A stretch of 64,000 nucleotides of DNA, from assembly GCA_951406725.2 (NCBI GenBank), contig OX597816.1, positions 49,848,001 to 49,912,000 on the forward strand. The letters are read 5' to 3'. The notes beneath the pieces were generated by a model, which saw only the letters and a program-made list of their open reading frames with translations, searched no databases and had not been told where the DNA came from. A program made the position numbers and the translations under genes. The stretch is from Octopus vulgaris. Its lineage: Eukaryota. Of the stretch, positions 1 through 14,460 are shown piece after piece; position 1 is the stretch's first letter; every line of letters starts with the position of its first letter.

Positions 1-989
1 TTTCTTAATCTCTTCAACAAGGTATAATCCTAATCGGTTAGAGTAATCAAAACATGTAAAACTTATAATATACACGACTGGTTGGTTATGTTACATCAAC
101 GCGGAATAAAATATACTTCCTCACATATTGTATTTACGTATTTGGGAGTATGATCATTTGCCCTTTTGTTGGAATGCGAGGAAAAAATAAATTTTGACCA
201 AAAATAAAAATAAAAATCTAAATTATTTTTCTTGGACATATAACAATTCCATGAATAGGTTGATTACATCCAATATTTCTAATTCGTTTCTCCAAATATA
301 TTTCTTCAAAACCATATTGATTTGAATGTAGCGTGTGACGAAAGGATGGGTGAACAACGTAACACGGATTGTATTATATAGATTTACAGAGATAATTTAT
401 TAGTGAAAAATTCTGTTGATACGATGACAGGTGAGTGTGAATTTGAAAGCTATTTTTAATGATACGAGGGAACACGTACGAGCACTTTTCTTGGCTGAAA
501 ATTAGAATATATATTCACGGACTCAAAATACCCAGAAGTTATTATTTATGGAATAATTGATTTTTACCATTGAGAGAGAGATAACATTTAAGTACGTGGT
601 AATTCAAGAAGATGAAGGAAAATATATTTTGGGAATTAGTCCCTTTAAACGATTTCATTTGAAATTTTCCCGGCATTAATTTAAGAAAAAATAATCGTAA
701 AAATAGGTTTTTCTAAAAGGTATTTCCATTATAGGAAACATCTTTTTAAGGGTATTTCCATCAAAAGTAGGAAAGAAACCAGCGTCGGGTAGAACAATTA
801 ATTATATCAATCCCTACACTTTCTAATCAAAATATTAATTTACTCTTTCTGTTTTTCATTCATAAACACGCGCGTGCACACACACGCACAACGTGTGTAT
901 GCGTCTATGCCTGTATTTGCATATAAGTATTTGGGCGTTACGTAAATACTGGAGCTCATGAAATGATGTCTTTCGCTTGGCGTTGTGAA

Positions 990-1230
990 AGACATTTAGC
1001 CTTCAAATGACGCCACCCCGCTGTCTAAGCGAGCAGACCAACAGAAGAAAGGGTGAGAGAAAGTTGTGGCGAAAGAGTATAGCAGGGTTAGCCACCACCC
1101 GCTGCTGGAGCCTCGTGGAGCATTTAGGTGTTTTAGCTCAATAAACACTCACAACGCCCGGTCTGGGAATCGAAACCGCCATCCTACGACCGCGAGTCGG
1201 CTGCCCTTACCACTGGGCCATTGCGCCTCC
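990..1230 (-). mobile_element. tRNA-derived SINE, family A
   Basis: The minus strand starts GGAGGCGCAATGGCCCAGTGGTAAGGGCAG...GGTTTCGATTCCC (Pol III A/B boxes). It is homologous to the copy at 50457-50771 over head and body. Left boundary approximate. Confidence 0.8.
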
Positions 1231-1451
1231 AGTTGTCTATATAGATATGGATATATTAATGTATGTGTAGTAATGATTATCATTATATTTTTTGCAGTGA
1301 AAAGATTATCTGTATAGAATTCAGTACGCTGGTTAGATTTGATAGATATAATATTTACATCAGAACTCTAATCTGAGTTTCGCCCCGCGCTAGGCTATTC
1401 AAGACTGTTCTGGACAGCCCGATCTGGAACTATACTCAGAGTATCAACGGA

Positions 1452-1720
1452 ACAGCCTGTTCGTAAAATTAACGCGCAAGTTTGTGGGCACTCCACAGAC
1501 ACGGGTACCCTTAACATAGTTTTCATGGAGATTCAGTGTGGCACAGAATGTGACAAGAATGGGCCTTTGAAATACAGGCAAAACTCATTTTGCCAGCTTT
1601 GTGGGATATAGCAACATGTAATAAAATTTCTTGCTCAAGGACAAAAAAACATCACCAGGAATTGAACTCACGATCTTACGATTGTTAACCGAACATCCTA
1701 ACAATTAAACCACACGCCTT
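1452..1720 (-). mobile_element. Degenerate tRNA-derived SINE with CORE-like segment (family B)
   Basis: The minus strand has AAGGCGTGTGGTTTAATTGTTAG...GAGTTCAATTCC followed by TGTCCTTGAGCAAG. The head resembles 39927-40060. Confidence 0.65.
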
Positions 1721-2076
1721 CATACTCAGAGTATACTATCGCACTTTAATACACAGACATATATACATATATATGTGTGTATGAAGGGGTGTGTGTATGT
1801 GACCATATTAATGTTTATACATGTAAATGCACATACAATATACATACTATATGAATGAAGAATACTTAGCATTGGAGTATTTGGGTCATTATTTAAATTT
1901 GTAACATGATTTAAACACACTGTTTTAAATTTAATAGTAAATCTATTATTTACAAACTGATAGTCAGCTCGGTGACTCGCACTTTACTGGGCAGTTCTCG
2001 ACTGCCGTGAACATTCCAGTCTCAGGTGCAGCTCAGAGTAGGCTGTCAGTCTGTCAGTCTCTGATATATACAAAAC

Positions 2077-2077
<1 letters not shown>

Positions 2078-2166
<89 letters not shown>
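2078..2166. repeat. Compound (CA)n/(TA)n/(AG)n microsatellite
   Basis: Read directly. Confidence 0.95.
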
Positions 2167-2169
<3 letters not shown>

Positions 2170-5100
2170 ATGGATTTAGTTCGCTCCTTATCTAGATCTG
2201 TAATTGTTTTCTTGTTACAAAAATAACGTTTAGAACAATGGGTTAAATAAACTAGAGTGTTTCTTTGTTCAGTCAGAAACTTCCGATGTTCGTTCAGGTG
2301 TCCATAGTGGTAAACAATAGACTTCTGACATAGAGTGGCTAAAACTCAGTTTCCGTTGAATCTGTTCGCTGCTGATTTAGGTGACTATATATAGCAAACC
2401 TAATTATAATGTGAGACACGTATTTTAATTGAGTAAATACTTCCTCATTATGTTGCAATGATTTTCAGCATGGATTTGCGACAAAGAAGACAAAAATATT
2501 TTTGTAAATGGCCAGTCGAATAATGTCTAGTTAGTACTGAATGGGACTCCTCTTTGGGAGGCATATAATACTGTTTCACTTTAGTTGGACAGGTTATTTC
2601 GGGAAAGGATAAAACAGGATATTTCGGGAAAGTCCAACTTTACGTAATTCATTTATTTATGGTCTACTAATTCGATAATTTATGTCTCACCATAATTATT
2701 TATAATACAGAGAGTAATCTACAGTTTCTATAAGACACTGTGGGTGAAGTAGTAAATAATATTTTACACATCGTTTATTTAAAGCGGTGAGAGAGTTGTA
2801 TCAAAGGAGGTGTTCCCATTTTATCAGTTCAAGGCTGGCTTTTATCATAGAGTGTAGAATTTTTTCATAATGTCAGCCTCATAGACGTCCATTTATCCTA
2901 CAACACATTTTTATCACTTCTTTTATGAAACACTTCAAATTAATCCTGAATCATGTGTGGTTCTCTGTTTTCCTCTCTATTAGTTAGAAACAAAGAAAAC
3001 CCCATGATCATGCTTTCCATCCTATCCTGTCATGTGCGACCGAAATGTTGCACAGCATAATATTGTATTGGGATAACGTGACTGAAATACCAGTTTGTGT
3101 TGTTAAAACAAAGAAGTCCAAACCGCTCCCATTGGATTACGTTTGTCTTGCAAGCATTTCAACTAGCTTGATCTCCATTCATAATTCCAAGACAACAGCA
3201 TCTACTGATATGAATGCCATTAACAGGGCCTTTCAATGACGGCGACAGTTACTCTGTTGATAGAAACTGCCCGCTTTTGCATTATATACAATTTCATTCA
3301 GAGATCGAGTCGGCACAAAGAAATTAAGGTAAATAAGGCGGCAGGGGGTCCGTTTGCTTCATTCCGAATTTGAAGCAGCACGCCAGAGCGGGACAACATT
3401 TCTCTGTCACTGCATGTGGATGATTGCATATGTTGCGTAAATCTCTGGAAAATATTGGTTGTTATATACATGTAGTAACATTTGAGGGCATTTAATTATA
3501 CCACCCACGCTGATATTCAACTTTGTAAAGTTGGATACCAGGAATGGAGGTATAAGAAATAGCGTAGGTTCTCTGTTTTGGTAAGTACTTGCTTTTGGTG
3601 CTGTGTACGACATAAAGTCTAAGTATGAGCAGCTAACCTTAACGTCATATACATTAAAGTTGTTATAATTCTTATATGGAATATAAGCTATATGCGGTAG
3701 ATTGTAGGTGCATTAGAGTGTATTTCGCGATGGAATCAACGAATGAATTAGATGAACTTCTACATTATAAATTACTTTAGCTTAAAGAGTTGGTTTGTGG
3801 GAAGTTTTCTTTAGATTTGATCAGTGACGTGTGCGACTCCACTGTATTCTAAAGGAAATGGTTCGGCTAAACTGGCAATGTATGCTGATACTTTGTGGAT
3901 ATGCTTCAACTTACAATTCTAGTGATGTAGGTGCTTCTTTGAATGTAAAAATAGTCGCCATTAAGCCTTTTACGGCTAATATTTGCCAGTCTTAAGGTCT
4001 TGTGCAACATTTGTCATTTTTGAAACGTTTCTCAGTACTGTGGTCTTGTGGAAGTTAGAAGAAAATAAGAATTTAGCTTGGGCAGAAATCCACAACGGCA
4101 TTTGTAGGAAATATTCTGAACTTATACATGAATGAACCATTGATATGTTTTAAATCTGCCGAACCATCATCTCGATAAAATTATGAACACTGAAGATGAA
4201 TGCGTTTTTCGTAGGGCATCCTAGATATACCCAATGATGTTAACACAATCCGCTCTACTCTCACAAATACGTGGACCAGTGACTTCGCTTTATTATTTTT
4301 ACAATGTGAGAAACATCGTGAAGCAAGAAAGTGTTCCGAAACTTCATGATGGTTCTGGTATTGTGGTAGCTGATTTTTGTGGATTGTTTCCTAATGTATA
4401 GGCTTTAAAGGGCTTTAAAGGTGTAGAATCTGTACTTCTATTCCATCAATGATGTAACCCTTGTCGGAATTGAAGACATCGAGAATGGCAGAGTTGAATA
4501 TACTGCATTTTGGGATGATAATTGGTTTTGCCATCCTTAAGATTTATATACGGAGGGTACAGTCGTGGCGTTCTACAGGTTCCTCTACCATTTATGATTG
4601 GTAGCCCTTTCGCTTCGGTGTTTATACTACGGTATTGTGAAATGATAGTTTCTTGTATATATAGTCGTGCGATACTTGTGCGAAGGAGTGTTTTGTGTGA
4701 GGTGAAACTTAAGCTGTGCCTTTTGTTTGATTTTTCAGCAGGAATTAAGAGTAGAGAATTGTTGTGTAAGTATTTTACGTGAGCGTAAGTCAGCTGAATG
4801 TGCAAAAATTAGGTATTTAATACATCAGCGAAAGTTTAGTAGGTTTATCAATGTATGTTTATATCTTATGGCAAAGACATGGAGAAATATATATTTTTAA
4901 TAATACGACCCCCCACCACCAAAAAATTAACAAATAGAAACTACTTTCTTTGTATCACAATATATGCGTTTCGAATATTGTAGAGTATAGATGATGAAAC
5001 ATGATTATTCTGAGAAAAAATAAAACTTAAATGGAAATGAAATTTAGAAGGGAAATAGATTTTCATTTTCACACCAAGCCTTAATTCGGAATAACAGTTG

Positions 5101-5909
5101 TAAAAGTGATATATAATGGCAGGCATCTTCAATTTGAATTAATTTTACAAAAACTGAACGAATTTTACAAATGATATTACATATACAGAATCATGTCTGT
5201 AATCTGGTCTAAGGAAGATGCATCCGAACGATTAATGGAATATGCGATCCTTTTCCATATTGTTTATGTTGTATTGTACTCGCTTCAACTCTTTTATGTT
5301 CTTTCTATACAATAAAAAGCTATCTGTCTATCCGCACCTGAATATCGATTAATCTAACACGCATATTCTTCCAAACACACGCAACCTTACACACAATGAC
5401 ATAAAGACACTCATACACGCACACATACACAGACGCATACACACATACAGGTCACACATAGACATTATGAAAGACTCGTGTATACACATATACGTACTAC
5501 CTTAACTTCTCCTCTTTAACGGGAGGAAGTAAAATGAAGTCGTCGTTTCGCAATATAGTACTCAATACTTATAGCTTTATTTACAATTTTAGGTTTATTT
5601 ATTTAAGAGACCACACTGTAGCTCTTTCAACCAAAGAATTTAATTCCACTTAATAGTAAGATAATATAGCAAGGACATAGTTATAAAATAATTCTAAAAA
5701 GGAAAATGAGGGAACAAAGCAGCAACTATCAGGTGAATGGAATATCACTACAAAATTAATGAATAAATAATTATTTATTATTGATAATAATCATGAGAGT
5801 TTGGGATATTTGGATGGGTGATGACAAATTTACAACTGTTGGGGGCCGTTTTTTAAGGTTAGGACACAAAAAAATGTTAAACAGCTGTCATTATTATACG
5901 TATTAATCA

Positions 5910-6380
5910 AGGCGGTGAGCTGGTAGAATCGTTAGCAGGCCAGGTGGAATGCTGAGCGGTATTTTGTCTGACGCTACATTCTGAGTTCTAGTTCTGCCGA
6001 GGTCGACTTTGCCTTTCATCCTTTCGGCGTCGATGAAATAAGTACCTATTTCTTTACTACCCACAAGGGGCTAAACACAGAGCGGACAAACAAGGACAGA
6101 CAAACGGATTGAGTCGATTATATCTACCCCAGTATGTAACTGGTACTTATTTAATCGACCCGGAAAGGATGAAAGGCAAAGTCGACCTCGGCGGAATTTG
6201 AAAACAGAACATAGCGGCAAACGAAATACCGCTAAGCATTTCGCCCGGCGTGCTAACGTTTCTGCTTATTCGCCGTCGATGAAATAAGTACCAGTTACAC
6301 ACTGAAATCGATGTAGTCGACAAGCCTCCTAGCCTCAAAATTTTCAAGGCCTTGTGCCTACAATAGAAATAGTTATTATA
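5910..6380 (+). mobile_element. SINE with Nin-like domain (outer copy, interrupted)
   Basis: tRNA-like head AGGCGGTGAGCTGGTAGAATCG, then GCCTTTCATCCTTTCGGCGTCGATGAAATAAGTACC, which resembles the Nin domain. The element resumes after 6292. Confidence 0.7.
6047..6274 (-). mobile_element. Related SINE inserted antisense inside the outer SINE
   Basis: Reverse-complement homology to 5911-6046. Flanked by the 18-bp direct repeat GTCGATGAAATAAGTACC (6029-6046 and 6275-6292). Confidence 0.85.
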
Positions 6381-6831
6381 TGGAATAATTTGTTTCGAGA
6401 AAAAAAAAACATGCCGTTGGTCTTGAGACAAAGTTGATACATATATATTGCGCAAGAACCTAGTGAAGTCGCAAAAAGAAACACACACACTTGGCACATT
6501 GATACCTAATATAGTGAATTTCATTTAGAGTTAGATATTGATTACAATGTAAGATGAGAAAACATTACGTCGAAATTCTGTGACCTGCTAAATATTACAG
6601 GCATGCATTATGTAAATTATCAGGTTACATACATGCTTCGAAGCACTCTTATTAGAAGTACAACATAACACACACACTCTCTCTATTTCTCTCTCTTTCT
6701 GTTTCCCTTTGTATATATTCAAAAGTATAAAAGTTTAAATAGGTTAAGCAATCGGTATCATGTTATATTATGAAATCTATACATCTAAACGTGATGTTAC
6801 ATGAGTATAGATCATAAGACGTTTTAAGCAC

Positions 6832-6884
<53 letters not shown>

Positions 6885-7135
6885 AATCTAACCTGATATG
6901 AATTGTTCTGCCTTTTATACATGTATTCTATAAAGCTTGTACATGGGGATTTGATATACTTCCTATAAACAATCGTCAATACGTAGCTAAATAAATCATT
7001 GCTATTAGTAGCTGTTCAAGTTCGAATTTCCGACATCTCTTCAACCCTGAATACTAATTGTGTGCACCTCTTATTTTATCTCATAGGACGTTATATTACT
7101 TTAATTCTCTCTCTTCTTTACTTATCTCTCTCTCT

Positions 7136-7282
<147 letters not shown>

Positions 7283-7289
7283 CATATAC

Positions 7290-7366
<77 letters not shown>

Positions 7367-7499
7367 CATATATATATATATACATATATATATAAACATA
7401 TACATATATATACATATATATATATATACATATACATATATATACATATATATATATACATATACATATATATACATATATATATATACATATAAATAC

Positions 7500-7531
<32 letters not shown>

Positions 7532-7563
7532 ACATATATATACATATATATATATACATATAC

Positions 7564-7612
<49 letters not shown>

Positions 7613-7651
7613 TATATTTATATATATATATACATATACATATATATATAC

Positions 7652-7726
<75 letters not shown>

Positions 7727-7734
7727 CATATATA

Positions 7735-10137
7735 TGATTGATTGATTGATTCTAGTTTCAGCTTATGAGCTGTGGCCATGCTGGGGCACCGCCATTTGGT
7801 GTTGCTACTTGGTTTCAATTCATGGAGGCTTTCTAGCAACTGCTATTTGGTGCATGAGAGAGTTCGATGCAGCTGCCCTCATCTGCCCCTCCTGCCGTGA
7901 AGTTGGTTCATCTGGGACACCTGACAGGAAGAGATCCAGCTTCATTTTAAAGACATCTGTATCCACCCCATGCAGGTCTCTCAGGTTCTTCGGGAGGATA
8001 TTGAAGAGCTGTGGGCCTCGGAAGCCCAGGCTATCACAGTATCTTGTCCTACATCTTGATGGCAGGTTTGGAGTCCTAGGCACCACGCAGTGGCACCCAG
8101 TTCTGGCATTTGCGTAACTCTCGATGCCAAAGTTCAGGACACTTCCCTCCAGGATCTTACAGATGTATATTATGGCATATCTTTCCCGCCTACGCTCCAG
8201 GGAATATAATTTTAATCTCTTGAGTCTTTCCCAGTAGCTTACATTCTGCATAGAGGCTATCTTCTTTGTGTAGCTTCGTTGGATCGCCTCAAGTTCTGTG
8301 ATCAACTTGACACTGGATGGTGACCATAGCTGAGAGCAATAGTCAAAGTGGCTTAGGACAAGTGTCTTCCAGAGGACCATCATGGTTTCTTGTTCTCTTG
8401 TTCTAAAGGTTCTAAGAATCCATCCAGCCAGCCGTCTACATTTCATTGTCAGTTTAGCAACATGTACATGAAAGGTCGCGTCATCACTCATGTGAATACC
8501 CAGGTCACGCACTGATTGTGCCTCTGGGATTGCAATCCCTCCGGGTCCAGTGTATTCATTGGGTATTGCATTCAGTTTTGCATGCTGATAGTATAAAGCT
8601 TGAAACTTTCCAGCATTGAACTGCATGCTTTTCTTTTCAGCCCACTTGTATATTTCGTCCAGCTCACATTGCAGGTGTTTAGTGTCCTCAGGGTTCTGTA
8701 TTGCCTGTGAAACTTTTGTATCATCTGCATAACTTGTGATCGTGGCTCTCTGCGTGGCTGAGGGGATGTCTGAGAGGGCCATTATGAACAGTAGTGGTCC
8801 CAGAACAGTGCCCTGCGGAACACCGCTCACTATTTGTGTGTTAATGGAGGTGGCCCCATTGGCTACTACCACCTGACTTCTATTCTTCAGAAAGTCATGA
8901 AGCCATTCTCCCAGTTTTCCAACTATGTTGAGATCACGCAGTTTGTGACATATCATTCCATGATCGACTTTATCAAAGGCCTTTGCAAAGTCGAGATATA
9001 TCACTTCCACATTTGAGTGGTTGAGCAGCCGTTTCAGCACCCAGTCATAGTGTTGTAGGAGCTGAGTTAAACAGCTTCTCCCTGGTCGGAAACCATGTTG
9101 GGTGTCGGGCAGCAAGTCATTCTCTTTAAGGAAGGTGATCAGCTTCCTTCTGACTATTCGTTCCATGACCTTGCTGATGTGTGAGGTCAGAGAGATAGGT
9201 CTATAGTTCTTGGCTTCCGCTCTGCTACCTCCTTTATGAATGGGGCATATTTTACCTTCCTTCAGTTTTCCTGGAAGTTTGCCAGCTGCAAGGAAGCTCT
9301 GAAAGAGGAACTGCAGTGGTCTTGCTAGGACTCTCTTACATGCTTTTAGGAGGATTGCCGGGAATCCATCGGGGCCAGTAGCTGAGTCTGTTTTCATTTC
9401 ATCTATAGCCTTGGTTACTTCGTCTTCCTTTATATCGATGTAATCTATCGTCGCCGCCTCTCATTTTATATCTGCAGTGGTAAAAAATCAGTTGGATTGG
9501 TGATTTGGAGATGCCCAAGGGGTGGAGTGAAAACACTCTTGAATTGCTCATTCAGTATTTCACTTACCCTCATTGGTTTTCCTGTAAGTGTGCCATCCTT
9601 TTCGAGGAGTGGCCCTATTCTACAGTGCACTGTAGCTGTTTCTTTGGCATACCTGTAGAAAGCTCTGGGGTTAGATTTTATGTTTTCTATAGCCCAGGCT
9701 TCTTTGTCTGCTCTTTCTTTTTCATGGGAGAGTTGCAGTCATTTTTCGATTTCCAACAGTTTTATTTTTAGGCGGGACTTTTCACTGCTTTCAATCTGTT
9801 TGTTTAGGCGATTTGAAAATTTTGTACGCCGTCTCATTAGAATTTTCCTATCTCTGGGGATTTTGTTCTTGTGTACAGTGGCCTTTCTCTCTGGGACACA
9901 TTTGTAGCATATGGCTTGCATTACAGACATGAATTGTTGAAGTTTCACGTCGATGTCTGGCGAGGAGAGACATTTAGGCCAGTTTTGTTTGAGGATCTCT
10001 TTCTCAATTTGTTTCCAGTTTGCCTTATGGTAGTTCAAGCTGGAAAGATTTTGAGGGTTTCTTGTAGGCTGCATGTCCGTGCTCTCTTTTGGCCCGTACA
10101 TGGTCAGCTCTATCATGTTGTGATCCGAGAGTAGTGT
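7735..10137 (-). mobile_element. CR1-clade LINE, copy A, 5'-truncated, (AATC)n tail
   Basis: RT ORF plus end of the APE domain. The 3' end reads GGCGGTGCCCCAGCATGGCCACAGCTCATAAGCTGAAACTAG(AATC)n. Both ends abut (TA)n. Confidence 0.93.
7820..9397 (-). CDS. Non-LTR reverse transcriptase domain (ORF2 C-terminal part, CR1 clade); disrupted upstream by a stop and an indel
   Basis: Motifs [44 protein letters not shown], and the CR1-type C-terminus YCSQLWSP...[17 protein letters not shown]. Confidence 0.9.
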   Translation of the reverse strand: MKTDSATGPDGFPAILLKACKRVLARPLQFLFQSFLAAGKLPGKLKEGKICPIHKGGSRAEAKNYRPISLTSHISKVMERIVRRKLITFLKENDLLPDTQHGFRPGRSCLTQLLQHYDWVLKRLLNHSNVEVIYLDFAKAFDKVDHGMICHKLRDLNIVGKLGEWLHDFLKNRSQVVVANGATSINTQIVSGVPQGTVLGPLLFIMALSDIPSATQRATITSYADDTKVSQAIQNPEDTKHLQCELDEIYKWAEKKSMQFNAGKFQALYYQHAKLNAIPNEYTGPGGIAIPEAQSVRDLGIHMSDDATFHVHVAKLTMKCRRLAGWILRTFRTREQETMMVLWKTLVLSHFDYCSQLWSPSSVKLITELEAIQRSYTKKIASMQNVSYWERLKRLKLYSLERRRERYAIIYICKILEGSVLNFGIESYANARTGCHCVVPRTPNLPSRCRTRYCDSLGFRGPQLFNILPKNLRDLHGVDTDVFKMKLDLFLSGVPDEPTSRQEGQMRAAASNSLMHQIAVARKPP

Positions 10138-10149
10138 ATATATATATAC

Positions 10150-10230
<81 letters not shown>

Positions 10231-10267
10231 CATACATATATATATATATACATATATATATACATAC

Positions 10268-10372
<105 letters not shown>

Positions 10373-10439
10373 CATATATATACATATATATATATACATA
10401 TATATACATATATACATATATATATACATATATATATAC

Positions 10440-10844
<405 letters not shown>

Positions 10845-10851
10845 TATATAC

Positions 10852-11094
<243 letters not shown>

Positions 11095-11123
11095 CATATA
11101 TATAAATATACATATATATATAC

Positions 11124-11239
<116 letters not shown>

Positions 11240-11288
11240 GTATATACATATATATATATATATACATATGTATATATACATATATATA

Positions 11289-13055
11289 TGATTGATTGAT
11301 TGATTCCAGTTTCAGCTCATGAGCTGTGGCCATGCTGGGGCACCGCCATTTGGTGTTGCTACTTGGTTTCATTTCATGGAGGCTTTTAGCAACTGCTATT
11401 TGGTGCATGAGAGAGTTCGATGCAGCTGCCCTCATCTGCCCCTCTTGCCGTGAAGTTGGTTCATCTGGGACACCTGACAGGAAGAGATCCAGCTCCATTT
11501 TAAAGACATCTGTATCCACCCCATGCAGGTCTCTCAGGTTCATCGGGAGGATATTGAAGAGCTGTGGGCCTCGGAAGCCCAGGCTATCACAGAATCTTGT
11601 CCTACATCTTGATGGCAAGTTTGGAGTCCTAGGCACCACGCAGTGGCGCCCAGTTCTGGCGTTTGCGTAACTCTCGATGCCAAAGTTCAGGACACTTCCC
11701 TCCAGGATCTTCCAGATGTATATTATGGCATATCTTTCCCGCCTACGCTCTAGGGAATATAATTTTAATCTCTTGAGTCTTTCCCAGTAGCTTACATTCT
11801 GCATAGAGGCTATCTTCTTCGTGTAGCTTCGTTGGATCGCCTCAAGTTCTGTGATCAACTTGACACTGGATGGTGACCATAGCTGAGAGCAATAGTCAAA
11901 GTGACTTAGGACAAGTGTCTTCCAGAGGACCATCATGGTTTCTTGTTCTCTTGTTCTAAAGGTTCTAAGAATCCATCCAGCCAGCCGTCTGCATTTCACT
12001 GTCAGTTTAGCAACATGTACATGAAAGGTCGCGTCATCACTCATGTGAATACCCAGGTCACGCACTGATTGTGCCTCTGGGATTGCAATCCCTCCGGGTC
12101 CAGTGTATTTCTTGGGTATTGCATTCAGTTTTGCATGCTGATAGTATAAAGCTTGAAACTTTTCAGCATTGAACTGCATGCTATTCTTTTCAGCCCACTT
12201 GTAAATTTCGTCCAGCTCATATTGCAGGTGCCTAGTGTCTTCAGGGTTCTGTATTGCCTGTGAAACTTTTGTATCATCTGCATAACTTGTGATCGTGGCT
12301 CTCCGCGTGGCTGAGGGCATGTCTGAGAGGGCCATTATGAACAGTAGTGGTCCCAAAACAGTGCCCTGTGGAACACCGCTCACTATTTGCGTGCTAATGG
12401 AAGTGGCCCCATTGGCTACTACCACCTGACTTCTATTCTTCAGAAAGTCGTGAAGCCATTCTCCTAGTTTTCCAACTATGCCAAGATCACGCAGTTTGTG
12501 ACATATCATTCCATGATCGACTTTATCGAAGGCCTTTGCGAAGTCGAGATATATGACTTCCACATTTGAGTGGTTGAGCAGTTGTTTCAGCACCCAGTCA
12601 TAGTGCTGCAGGAGCTGAGTTAAGCAGCTTCTTCCTGGTCGGAAACCATGTTGGGTGTCGGGCAGCAAGTCATTTTCTTCAAGGAAGGTGATTAGTTTCC
12701 TTCTGACTATTCGTTCCATGACCTTGCTGATGTGTGAGGTCAGAGAGATAGGTCTGTAGTTCTTGGCCTCCGCTCTGCTACCTCCTTTATGAATAGGGCA
12801 TATTTTACCTTCCTTCAGTTTTCTTGGAAGTTTGCCAGCTGCAAGGAAGCTCTGAAAGAGGAACTGCAGTGGTCTTGCTAAGACTCTCTTACATACTTTT
12901 AGGAGGATTGCCGGGAATCCATCGGGGCCAATAGCTGAGTCTATTTTCATTTCATCTATAGCCTTTATTACATCATCTTCCTTTATATCGATGTAATTTA
13001 ACGTCGCCGCCTCTGATTCTATATCAGTTGGATTGCTGATTTGGAAATGCCCAAG
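11289..13055 (-). CDS. CR1 ORF2 reverse transcriptase part; this frame has no stop before the tail and runs into (TA)n
   Basis: [26 protein letters not shown] and YADDTK in the 991-aa track ORF. Residues after ...LESINQS come from the microsatellite. Confidence 0.88.
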
Positions 13056-14460
13056 GGGGAGGAGTGAAAACACTCTTGAATTGTTCATTCAGTATTTCAC
13101 TTACCCTCATTGGTTTTCCTGAGAGTGTGCCATCCTTTTCAAGGAGTGGCCCTATCCTACAGTGCACCGTAGCTGTTTCTTTGGCATACCTGTAGAAAGC
13201 TCTGGGGTTAGTTTTTATGTTGTCTATAGCCCAGGCTTCTTTGTCTGCTCTTTCCTTCTCATGGGAGAGTTGCAGACAATTTTCAATTTCCAACAGTTTT
13301 ATTTTCAGGCGGGACTTTTCACTGCTTTCAATTTGTTTGTTTAGGCGATTTGAGATTTTTGTGCGCCGTCTCATTAAAATTTTTCTCTCTCTGGGGATTT
13401 TGTTCTTGTGTACAGTGGCCTTTCTTTCTGGGACACATTTGTAGCATATGGCTTGCATTACAGACATGAATTGTTGAAGTATCATGTCGATGTCCGGCGA
13501 GGAGAGACATTCAGGCCAGTTTTGTTTGAGGATCTCTTTCTCAATTTGTTTCCAGTTTGCCTTATTGAAGTTCAAGCTGGAAAGACTTTGAGGGTTTCTT
13601 GTAGGCTGCATGTCCGTGCTCTCTTTTGGCCCGTACATGGTCAGCTCTACCATGTTGTGATCCGAGAGTAGTGTCGGTGTCACTTTCACATTATGGATGA
13701 GATCCATATTATTTGTGAAGCAGAGATCCAGTGTGTTACCCGCTCTGGTTGGTTGGAGTATTACTTGCTCCATGTACAGGGTGTTGGTGAGGTTCAGGAG
13801 GGATCTCGCCTGTCCTCGTTCACATCTTGTCATTCCTGGGAGAGAAAGGCCCTCGGGCCATCTGACATTCGGTAGATTGAAGTCTCCCATGAGAAGTACA
13901 CTTATGTGTTGTTCTAATGTGGTTAGAACTTCTTCTATTTTTAAAAGGCAGTCCTCAAACTTGCCCATATGACTTGGGGCATCTGGAGGGCGATATGTAG
14001 CACACACAACTACATCAAGTTGCCTTATGTGTACAATTAGTGTGTCACACACCGAGTTTGAGTATGACAAAAGGACCTGGGGTGTGAGGTCCCCACGGAT
14101 GTACATAGCAACTCCTCCATGACTTCTTTCTTTCCTGTCGGTCCGTAGTACAACATACTGTGGTATGTGTAATTCCGCATCTGCTATGTCCGGTTTCAGA
14201 TGCGTTTCTGTGAGTGCTATGCATAAGGCTTGATTGCATGCGACAAAGTCTCTCAGGAACGGGACTTTTGTCCTGTTACTGTGTGTTAGTAGTCCTCTGA
14301 TGTTCAGTAGGAGCATCGAGGTGAGGTGTATGCTGTTGCCGGTGGTGTCCACCCTGGGTCCATCTGCTGTGGCGGTCTTGTGAACCGTGGGCAGTTCCAT
14401 CTGCGAGCCTGAGCCTGATGGAGCCAGGTTAGCTGCTGTACAATCTTTTGTGCCATGCAC
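13024..14460 (-). CDS. CR1 ORF2 apurinic-like endonuclease (APE) part
   Basis: APE motifs [53 protein letters not shown]. Confidence 0.9.
   Translation of the reverse strand: MHGTKDCTAANLAPSGSGSQMELPTVHKTATADGPRVDTTGNSIHLTSMLLLNIRGLLTHSNRTKVPFLRDFVACNQALCIALTETHLKPDIADAELHIPQYVVLRTDRKERSHGGVAMYIRGDLTPQVLLSYSNSVCDTLIVHIRQLDVVVCATYRPPDAPSHMGKFEDCLLKIEEVLTTLEQHISVLLMGDFNLPNVRWPEGLSLPGMTRCERGQARSLLNLTNTLYMEQVILQPTRAGNTLDLCFTNNMDLIHNVKVTPTLLSDHNMVELTMYGPKESTDMQPTRNPQSLSSLNFNKANWKQIEKEILKQNWPECLSSPDIDMILQQFMSVMQAICYKCVPERKATVHKNKIPRERKILMRRRTKISNRLNKQIESSEKSRLKIKLLEIENCLQLSHEKERADKEAWAIDNIKTNPRAFYRYAKETATVHCRIGPLLEKDGTLSGKPMRVSEILNEQFKSVFTPPPWAFPNQQSN

Noticed and set aside
375-440. Possible small host exon ending at CAG|GTGAGT (about 430)
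   Set aside because: Weak acceptor, no partner exons and no recognisable peptide.
2300-4810. Moderately GC-richer stretch with short ORFs (e.g. 4446-4805), possibly a decayed TE or viral relic
   Set aside because: No motif could be recognised by eye; it needs BLASTX/HMM searches.
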